A stretch of 64,000 nt of DNA from Myxococcota bacterium. GTDB lineage: Bacteria > Myxococcota_A > SURF-8. The notes beneath the pieces are model-generated. The model was not told the DNA's origin. It searched no databases and worked only from the letters and a program-made list of their open reading frames with translations. The translations under genes were made by a program, and so were the position numbers. Positions 1 through 6,896 of the stretch are shown here, one piece after another. The first letter of the stretch is position 1; each line of letters starts with the position of its first letter. The DNA lies in assembly GCA_965140415.1 (NCBI GenBank), contig OZ223209.1, positions 2,592,001 through 2,656,000 of the forward strand. The letters run 5' to 3'.

Positions 1-14
1 AAGTACTGAGCAAC

Positions 15-617
15 ATGCAAAGCCAAGGATTACTCGTTTTTCTGCTATTCGGTTTTTTATACTGGTTGGGGATGGTCCCATACATGAACTTGTTCAGCAT
101 TTTTCTTCACGAGCAACTGCAACAACAGGGATTCACTGATGCTGGAGTTTGGATCGGAATTGCATGGGCGATCAGCACAATTACCGAATTTGTTTTTTTT
201 GTCATTTCGAACCGGGTGATTCGTCGACTTAGTGTAGAGGTTCTTTTTGCCAGCCTTATTCTTGCTTCATTGCTGCGTTATGGCATCTATGCGATAGCGG
301 CTCCAGTGTGGTTGATACTGATCGGACAGGCATTGCATTGTCTGGGATTCGCATTGTTTTATCTATTGGGTACCCGACTGATTGCCAGCAAGGCTCCCGC
401 GCAGATGCGAAACAGCTATCAGACGCTTTGGGCGAGTAGTGTGATTGGAGGTGCGGGATTCTTCGGAGGTGTTATAGCCGGATTTCTAGCAGGCATCATG
501 TCCGTTGAACGGATTTACTGGTTTTCTTTTTTCTCGGTCCTTGTAAGCGTCCTTCCATTGATTGTCTACCTGAAGAGTCACCCAATAGACAAAGAACGAC
601 TGATTATTGGGGAGTAG
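15..617 (+). CDS. MFS transporter, C-terminal half (gene probably starts upstream of the window)
   Basis: About 6 hydrophobic helices; MFS_1-like motifs (WAISTITEFVFF, GQALHCLGFALF). Confidence 0.75.
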   Translation: MQSQGLLVFLLFGFLYWLGMVPYMNLFSIFLHEQLQQQGFTDAGVWIGIAWAISTITEFVFFVISNRVIRRLSVEVLFASLILASLLRYGIYAIAAPVWLILIGQALHCLGFALFYLLGTRLIASKAPAQMRNSYQTLWASSVIGGAGFFGGVIAGFLAGIMSVERIYWFSFFSVLVSVLPLIVYLKSHPIDKERLIIGE

Positions 618-742
618 CTGTCTGAATTGGTCAACATTACTATTGCCCTGTTGTACTTTCCATCGATTTACCTTCTGTACACCACAGTGCACCAAAAACA
701 AATGGGCTAGAGGCATTTCTTCCTCTAACCCATTGTTATGTC

Positions 743-819
743 TGGTACGCCTACCCAGATTCGAACTGGGAACCAACGGGTTCGAAGCCCGGTACTCTAT
801 CCAGTTGAGCTATAGGCGC
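743..819 (-). tRNA. tRNA-Arg (anticodon UCG), reconstituted copy at the left junction of the island
   Basis: Reverse complement folds as GCGCCTA-TA-GCTC-AACTGGATA-GAGT-A-CCGGG-CTTCGAA-CCCGT-TGGTT-CCCAG-TTCGAAT-CTGGG-TAGGCGT-ACCA; encoded CCA; Arg identity A20 in the D loop. Confidence 0.95.
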
Positions 820-820
820 A
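781..820. repeat. Left att direct repeat (5' half of tRNA-Arg through the anticodon loop)
   Basis: TTCGAAGCCCGGTACTCTATCCAGTTGAGCTATAGGCGCA, identical to 14875-14914. Confidence 0.95.
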
Positions 821-843
821 CATGCTCACGACGAACGACGCGA

Positions 844-872
844 ACTATATGGCACGACGAAGGAATTGTCAA
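844..872 (-). promoter_or_regulatory. Island-supplied sigma70 promoter for the restored tRNA-Arg
   Basis: Minus strand TTGACA (872-867), 17 nt, TATAGT (849-844), ~25 nt upstream of tRNA position 1. Confidence 0.8.
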
Positions 873-920
873 TTCTTTCCGATGTCGAAAAGCGTCTGAT
901 TCACCCGCTACATAGCAATA

Positions 921-939
921 TTGGACCAGAATTGGACCA
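921..939 (+). repeat. Putative integrase arm-type sites (left)
   Basis: TTGGACCA twice with 11-bp periodicity; the same pair recurs at 14752-14769. Confidence 0.65.
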
Positions 940-1064
940 AAACCAGAACGCACCTTGAACATTCCTACCACCTACATCCGTCATCCTGCAAATTATTCCC
1001 TGTTTTCTTGCATTTCTTTTTTTCGCTTCCATGCCTGTAGAATGGGGACAAGAAAGGAGCGGTT

Positions 1065-2192
1065 ATGTCCAAACCGACAAGGCACGGAAACAGATTGAGG
1101 ATAAGGTGGATGGATGAGAACGGGAAAAGGCATTATGAAAGCTTCCCCTTGGACCAGTATGATCTCGCGGCTCTCATGCTGAAGCGCCATAAACAAGCGG
1201 TAGAGGAAATCAAGATGTGTCTTTGTACCGGCAGCGTGCCTAAGAGAACCTTCAGTCAGTTGGCCGATTACTGGCTTGAAGTCTACGCGCCAACAAAACG
1301 CTCGTATCGTGACGATAAGAGCATAATCGACGCGCACCTTCGCCCCACCTTCGGTAAGATGCAGCTTTCCGACATAGGTGTCCAACACGTGGACAGATAT
1401 CGCGCTGCACGGTCCCATCTGGCGGTTAAAACCCTAAGAAATCACATCGTTTTGTTCAAGTCGATGCTGAAAAGAGCTTTTGAAATAGGGTGGCTACGAT
1501 CAGTACCACCTATCAAGCCGCCGAAAGTGCCCAAAAACGGTCAGGATTTCAACTATCTCAAATCGAAGGATGAAATCCGCAGATTCCTTGTAGCGGCTGA
1601 AGAAGAAGGACAGCTTATCTATACTCTCTACAAGACCGCTGTTTTCACGGGAATGCGCGTGGGAGAACTTACGGGTCTGCGATGGGATGATATTGATTTC
1701 GCAAGACGAATTATTACCGTTCAACGTAGTTTCAACAAGCCAACGAAGAACAGTGAGATTCGCCATGTTCCTATCGTTGATGTTTTCTTAGATGATCTGC
1801 ATAAACTGGCCTTGAATCGCCCCCATCCCATGATCGTATTTCCGAATCAGAGAAACAATATGCAGTGCCAGAAGGCGCGAGCCTTCAATGAGATTTTCCA
1901 CAGAGTTTTGAAAAGAGCCGAATTTCCGGAAGTGGAGAGAAACGGAAAGATGCGTCCATACATCCGTTTCCATGACCTACGCCATACATTTGCCAGCCAT
2001 TGGTTGATGGAAGGCGGCGATATTTTCAAGCTACAACGCATTCTGGGTCACAAGTCGCAGGAAATGACACAGCGATACGCACATCTTTCCCCGGATGCAT
2101 TTTCAAAGGATTTTGGGCTGTTTGGCGGCAGGGGAGACATGGACACAGGGAAAGTCTTGGACTTAGCAAAAACGGGGACCAACAGCAACTAA
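1065..2192 (+). CDS. int: Tyrosine recombinase / phage-type integrase
   Basis: GMRVGE (R), FHDLRH (HxxR), LGH...TQRY (H,Y); N-terminal arm-binding-like segment; next to the att site. Confidence 0.95.
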   Translation: MSKPTRHGNRLRIRWMDENGKRHYESFPLDQYDLAALMLKRHKQAVEEIKMCLCTGSVPKRTFSQLADYWLEVYAPTKRSYRDDKSIIDAHLRPTFGKMQLSDIGVQHVDRYRAARSHLAVKTLRNHIVLFKSMLKRAFEIGWLRSVPPIKPPKVPKNGQDFNYLKSKDEIRRFLVAAEEEGQLIYTLYKTAVFTGMRVGELTGLRWDDIDFARRIITVQRSFNKPTKNSEIRHVPIVDVFLDDLHKLALNRPHPMIVFPNQRNNMQCQKARAFNEIFHRVLKRAEFPEVERNGKMRPYIRFHDLRHTFASHWLMEGGDIFKLQRILGHKSQEMTQRYAHLSPDAFSKDFGLFGGRGDMDTGKVLDLAKTGTNSN

Positions 2193-2196
2193 AACC

Positions 2197-2212
2197 GCGC
2201 AATCGATTGCGC
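2197..2212. promoter_or_regulatory. Perfect 16-bp palindrome GCGCAATCGATTGCGC (putative operator, copy 1)
   Basis: Sits just before the xis RBS; identical copy at 3499-3514 and 12-bp core at 12209-12220. Confidence 0.65.
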
Positions 2213-2230
2213 AAGCGAAGGAGGTAAGCA

Positions 2231-2437
2231 ATGCAAATTGAAAACAGTATTTTAACGTACAAGGAAGCCAGTGAGTATCTAAACATCAAGCTCGCGACCC
2301 TTTATGGTCTCGTTCACGAGAAACGTATTCCCCATTTTCGGCTTGGGGCGCGCATGGTTCGGTTTCGCCAATCCGAATTGGATCGATGGATGGAGGAAAA
2401 GTATGTCGAAGCGAAGGCGATGGAAAGCCATGCCTGA
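2231..2437 (+). CDS. Excisionase-like HTH_17 DNA-binding protein
   Basis: LTYKEASEYLNIKLATLYGLV...IPHFRLGARMVRF pattern; GGAGG RBS; directly after int. Confidence 0.85.
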   Translation: MQIENSILTYKEASEYLNIKLATLYGLVHEKRIPHFRLGARMVRFRQSELDRWMEEKYVEAKAMESHA

Positions 2438-2643
2438 GGACGCAAACAGCGGCATGGCCAATGCCGAAAAGAGAACCGCCCCTGGCGGGGGGCGGCTCTT
2501 CTAAAACTTGGCGTGATGGGATATCACGCGCTCAGCACCCTCACTATAGCGGAATATCCCCTCTCATGCCAACTGAAATCGAAAGGAAAATGCTCAGATG
2601 AGCGAGGTCTACAAGTATCAATTTCAAACGAGAGGAGTGAGCT

Positions 2644-3444
2644 ATGGCCAGCAGACACCTTTTAGTTCTCGGAGGAGTACAGAAACATCTGTACAAATTG
2701 ATCGAACGCTGGATAAACGGGGAGGATATCGAGTCATTCGATAAATACGAACGAAGAGCGATAACTCTCTACCAAATTGGTGAGGAGAAACAAGCAGGAA
2801 GGCTTTATGCCTGTGCGAACAATAAAGATCATCCTCTCAGTCGATTTGGTTATTACTGTCGCAACAGATTATGTCCGGGATGTGGAAGTTACATTTCCAG
2901 ACAGTATTTCTACAAGCAGCAAAAAGCTATCAAGAAAATGAGGAATCCCAAAGCAATTCTTTTCACGATCTATTCTTTTGGTATGAACGATCTCGTAGAA
3001 ACCATCGATCTCTTCAATGAGGCAAAGCGGAAGATCAGTCGACGGATAGCTTTCAAGCAAGCCGTTCGCGCCATGTCAGGTGTGATAGAGCCGAAACTAT
3101 CCGAGGATGGTCAACGATTCGCGGTCCATTCGCATGCAGCAGTGGATGTGGATGAGGACTATTTCGATATCGATGAATTGAACGCCATATGGAAGAAGTA
3201 TACCCATGGACGAGGAAAGATCGAGTTTCAGTGGGATGAGGACATTAGAGAAGGGGACGAAGAAAAATTCGCGTGGTATGGAAGCAAAGAACACACTTGG
3301 TCGCCGGAACCGAATTTTCTGAATGACGACTGGATCGAATATCTCCGGAAGGGAATCAAATCAAAACGCCTGTACTTCCATTACTCTCCAGGAAGCTCCA
3401 AAAAAAAGGGCGTGGAATTGAAGGGTGAAAGACGATGCGCTTGA
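2644..3444 (+). CDS. Rolling-circle HUH replication initiator (Rep_1/pC194-like)
   Basis: Zn motif CRNRLCPGC, motif 1 ILFTI, HUH motif HSHAAV, motif 3 WYGSK (YxxK); GAGGAG RBS. Confidence 0.7.
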   Translation: MASRHLLVLGGVQKHLYKLIERWINGEDIESFDKYERRAITLYQIGEEKQAGRLYACANNKDHPLSRFGYYCRNRLCPGCGSYISRQYFYKQQKAIKKMRNPKAILFTIYSFGMNDLVETIDLFNEAKRKISRRIAFKQAVRAMSGVIEPKLSEDGQRFAVHSHAAVDVDEDYFDIDELNAIWKKYTHGRGKIEFQWDEDIREGDEEKFAWYGSKEHTWSPEPNFLNDDWIEYLRKGIKSKRLYFHYSPGSSKKKGVELKGERRCA

Positions 3445-3469
3445 CAGCAATAGTCTTTAATATTATAAT
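3441..3469 (+). promoter_or_regulatory. Perfect-consensus sigma70 promoter
   Basis: TTGACA (3441-3446), 17 nt, TATAAT (3464-3469). Confidence 0.85.
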
Positions 3470-3498
3470 GAATACAGGTAGTTACGATATTTTGCCCT

Positions 3499-3514
3499 GC
3501 GCAATCGATTGCGC
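3499..3514. promoter_or_regulatory. Palindrome GCGCAATCGATTGCGC (putative operator, copy 2)
   Basis: Lies between the consensus promoter and ATG 3540. Confidence 0.65.
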
Positions 3515-3539
3515 GGACACAACATCAAACGATGGCCAG

Positions 3540-4637
3540 ATGAAAAGGAATCCTTTCCAACTCAGCCTTTTCGATAGAAATCAAAACGACATTAGAGTTG
3601 AGAATAGCGATGGTTCAATCAGTAGGGTGAAACAAGGCTCCCGCTGTTCCTGCGGTTCGAATCAATCCTGCGAACACTTCAGGCAAGCCCGTCTCTACCT
3701 CGATATGGATCGGGGGCTTTTCTATGACGGCAAAAGCGGATTTCACAAGTCAATTCGTCTCGCGGAGGTTGAGCGCTCCCTTGCTTATGCCCGCATACTT
3801 GATCGCTACAAGAAAGGCACGGCTCGTTCCTATCTTCGAGGTATCTGGGCCGAGGAAACCAGAAATCTCGATCTTCTTGCTCGTTTCTACGATGGAACGC
3901 CAACAGAAGAACTCATTGAACTGTTCTGCCGTAGCTGTAAAGATTGGCAGTGCCCTGAAGACGTAGGGATATTTTCTCGTCGCTGGCTTGAGATTCATCT
4001 TCGTTTCGGTTGCAATCCAAGTGCTGATTGGGAAGTAAGCTATCCTTGGCCAAACGAGGAGAACATCAAGCTAACCATCGCCCAGATGATTGAGGCGGAT
4101 GATTTCGATTCGCTTCTGGAAATGGTTGTCTGTGCAACGAGTTTCGGGCCAACTTCGACTCGATATCGAAAGGCTGTCCGATTTGCGCTTGTTGAAGAAG
4201 TAATGAAGCGCGCAAAGTTGCTGAACGTCCCGCCTGTGGTCGAAAAGCTGAAGGCAACATCATATCACAGTGAGGAATTGGTGGCCCTCTGGCGCATCCT
4301 GGCGGGCAAACGGAACAGTGGGGATGACGAGTACTGTAACAAACCAGTTCAAGGTCGAGAACAAATGGATGTGCCTTTCGTTGAAGACTACGTTTTCGAT
4401 ATGCACACCCGCGAAGGTAAACGACGCCTGAGAAAAGCTGGTCATTTGCTCGCTTGGGAAAAGCCTATGGCGGCAGGAATCGACCTTCGGTATTCGGGGG
4501 CGGAGGCTGGAACTCTTTGGAGATACCTTGCATGGGAGCAACATGGGAGAATCGATGTCCCGTGGGAAGCTGTCAAACTTGATGAAGAACTTTCACTGGT
4601 ATGGAAAAGCCTCATTGGAGGGAGGTTGACGACATGA
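3540..4637 (+). CDS. Hypothetical protein: N-terminal QLSLF clamp-binding-like motif, SWIM-like Zn finger, RarA/MgsA C-terminal-like domain
   Basis: PFQLSLFD; CSCGSNQSCEH; FYDGKSGFHKSIR and YVFDMHTREGKR. Start moved from 3435 to 3540 because the promoter lies inside the longer ORF. Confidence 0.6.
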   Translation: MKRNPFQLSLFDRNQNDIRVENSDGSISRVKQGSRCSCGSNQSCEHFRQARLYLDMDRGLFYDGKSGFHKSIRLAEVERSLAYARILDRYKKGTARSYLRGIWAEETRNLDLLARFYDGTPTEELIELFCRSCKDWQCPEDVGIFSRRWLEIHLRFGCNPSADWEVSYPWPNEENIKLTIAQMIEADDFDSLLEMVVCATSFGPTSTRYRKAVRFALVEEVMKRAKLLNVPPVVEKLKATSYHSEELVALWRILAGKRNSGDDEYCNKPVQGREQMDVPFVEDYVFDMHTREGKRRLRKAGHLLAWEKPMAAGIDLRYSGAEAGTLWRYLAWEQHGRIDVPWEAVKLDEELSLVWKSLIGGRLTT

Positions 4638-5683
4638 AACCGGAACAGGCGGAAAAGCCGATACAAACCCAAAATCTGTATTCTCGGCCCCAAAAACAGG
4701 AGGCTATTCCAGACAATCTTCGCTTCCTTTGGCGGGACGGAATCATTGAAAGCGAGAGCGAAAAGGAACGTCAGGCAAACGAGGAATACCTGAAGCACTC
4801 CCATGCCGAAAGCACTCTCGAAATCTACGGATACGATTGGCGAGAGTTTCTGGCTTTCTGTTCTAAAAGCGACCCTCCCGTTGCATCGCTTCCAGCCGAA
4901 CCGGAAACGATCCTGAGCTTTCTTCGCTGTCAGGCTGAACAGAATCACAAGCCTTCAACAATCACTCGGAAACTGTCGGCCATCCGGTGCTACCATCTGG
5001 AGGCAGAAGTTGAAACGATTCCGACCGACAATCCCAAGGTCAAGCGGATGATGGCGGCGATCCGGCGATTGAAAGGCGTTATGCCGGAACAGAAGAAACC
5101 GCTAACCATTCAACGCCTGAATGCGATCATCGAGAAATGCCCCCCGACCTTGTGCGGCTGTCGGGATAAAGCCATGTTGCGGCTCGGCTTTGCCGGTGGC
5201 TTTCGCAGATCGGAACTGCTTGCCTTGCGGATGGAGGATATCGATCTTTCTGAGGTCGGGGTTGAGATTTTAATAAGACGTTCGAAAACCGATCAAGAAG
5301 GTTATGGAAGGCTGTTGTCCATACCCAGGAAGGACGTTCCCTTGACCTGTCCTGTCGCTGCATTGGAAGAATGGATCGAACGGGGAATGATCCGAGAAGG
5401 CCCCATCTTTCGACGGCTGTATAAAGGCGACAAAGTAGGCGAAACGGCGATCACGGGGCGTTCGTTCGCGAAAATCATCGACAAGTATGTGGAGCAGGTT
5501 GGACTCGATCAGGAGGACTTTAGCCCCCACGCCTTGCGCGCGGGATTTGTTACGAGCGCATACAGAAGCGGAGCCTCCATCGCTCAAATTCAGGGCGTTA
5601 CCGGACACAGAAGCGCGCAATCCGTTCATCGCTACGTTCGCGGCATCGATGGCTTTCGAGAGTACCCGAATATCGAGGAATAA
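4634..5683 (+). CDS. Second tyrosine recombinase (Cre-like/resolvase type)
   Basis: RDKAML..GFRRSEL, RSKTDQ, PHALRAG, TGHRS..VHRY; ATG 4634 has a GGAGG RBS and overlaps the upstream stop (ATGA). Confidence 0.9.
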   Translation: MKPEQAEKPIQTQNLYSRPQKQEAIPDNLRFLWRDGIIESESEKERQANEEYLKHSHAESTLEIYGYDWREFLAFCSKSDPPVASLPAEPETILSFLRCQAEQNHKPSTITRKLSAIRCYHLEAEVETIPTDNPKVKRMMAAIRRLKGVMPEQKKPLTIQRLNAIIEKCPPTLCGCRDKAMLRLGFAGGFRRSELLALRMEDIDLSEVGVEILIRRSKTDQEGYGRLLSIPRKDVPLTCPVAALEEWIERGMIREGPIFRRLYKGDKVGETAITGRSFAKIIDKYVEQVGLDQEDFSPHALRAGFVTSAYRSGASIAQIQGVTGHRSAQSVHRYVRGIDGFREYPNIEE

Positions 5684-6147
5684 TGAGCGAGGACTTTTCC
5701 CTCATTCGCCAACTGGCCGCAGAGATGGCAAGCAATCTCTTCTACGATGAAATCGAGGGGATCACCCGCTACCATGAAGAAATCGGTTGGCATCTGGCTG
5801 CGCTCTACGAGGTTCATAGGGCGGTGATGGGCTGTGAGTATCCGCTTGCAAACGAAGCAATTTTAGCTGAAGTTCGCGAACGGCTGAACGATGTTATCGA
5901 GGCAAAAAGCTACGAGGACGCGAGAGACGTCATCCTGTTGATCGATGGGGAGGAAAACATATCTGTTCTGCTTCGCTGGTTGGCTGAAACTCCGAATTTC
6001 GTATCCTTCGTGGAAGAAGCGATTGAGGATAAACTTGACGGCGACCGCCCAAGATTTTCCCGGCTTCTCTATTGGGGGAACATGCGGTTCAGGCAGGAAG
6101 TAGGACTTAGCTTGTTGGATGCGTTGCGGGGAATAAATCAGGGGTAA
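5683..6147 (+). CDS. Acidic hypothetical protein
   Basis: TAATG coupling to the recombinase; about 30 D/E versus 15 K/R in 154 aa. Confidence 0.65.
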   Translation: MSEDFSLIRQLAAEMASNLFYDEIEGITRYHEEIGWHLAALYEVHRAVMGCEYPLANEAILAEVRERLNDVIEAKSYEDARDVILLIDGEENISVLLRWLAETPNFVSFVEEAIEDKLDGDRPRFSRLLYWGNMRFRQEVGLSLLDALRGINQG

Positions 6148-6328
6148 TTGGTGTACGATAGGCTCAGAGTTTACCCGAAAACAAGATCAAGGTTGCATTT
6201 AAAAGTCCCGTCATTCATTTCGCAGAAACAAAATTTATCATCATGATATTGCAGAGGAATCATTTGATATTTGTGTGTTGCTTGTTCGTAGAAAGCATAT
6301 GATGTTTGCGCCAAAATCCCAACCTGTC

Positions 6329-6784
6329 TCAAAAATCAATGTCTTCAAGTTTTAGGTCTTCTCCCCGACGCGGTAGCCATAATGGCGCAAGTTCCCATTC
6401 AGGTAATTTTGCCCCCGGAATAGCTTGAGATCGGATAATGGCCTCCAGAACACCATTTACACGCCATTCCTCCATGCGACGAGATATGGTTTGAAAAGGA
6501 GGGTAGCCCATCAAAGAGATATCTCTAAGCGACAGCTGCGTCTTTGCCCTAAGAAGGATGGCTTCTGCCATAATTCGATCTGGTACGCGAGGTCTTCCCC
6601 TTCGGCATCGTCTTTCGGGAATATGGGGCTTGATCTTGGCCCATGCTTCATCAGAAAGAATCTCTTTATGTGCAGCTTCGGGCAATTTGTATTTACCTTT
6701 GATGGTTGATGGCAACATGATTGGCTCCCTGATACAATGACGGATAACTTTCTTCATTTTAACTGGGTGTTTGGTGCACATCAA
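6329..6784 (-). CDS. IS5-family (IS427-like) transposase N-terminal DUF4096/HTH protein with no DDE partner
   Basis: LSDEAWAKIKPHIP...RRGRPRVPDR...PPFQTISRRMEEW..NGV; start codon uncertain. Confidence 0.65.
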   Translation of the reverse strand: MMCTKHPVKMKKVIRHCIREPIMLPSTIKGKYKLPEAAHKEILSDEAWAKIKPHIPERRCRRGRPRVPDRIMAEAILLRAKTQLSLRDISLMGYPPFQTISRRMEEWRVNGVLEAIIRSQAIPGAKLPEWELAPLWLPRRGEDLKLEDIDF

Positions 6785-6896
6785 GGGATTCTATTAAAAG
6801 TATTCGACACGTTAGGCATGGTCTGGTAGACTCTAAGGCGGAGTGTAAAGGTCGAAATATTCGGCTGATACGTTGCTTATCGCAAAGTAGGAGACA

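Noticed and set aside
607-915. Short ORFs over the tRNA and att regions (also 486-776, 14827-15030)
   Set aside because: Translations of tRNA/att sequence.
3435-3539. ORF-track start at 3435
   Set aside because: Contains a perfect sigma70 promoter and the palindrome; ATG 3540 is more plausible.
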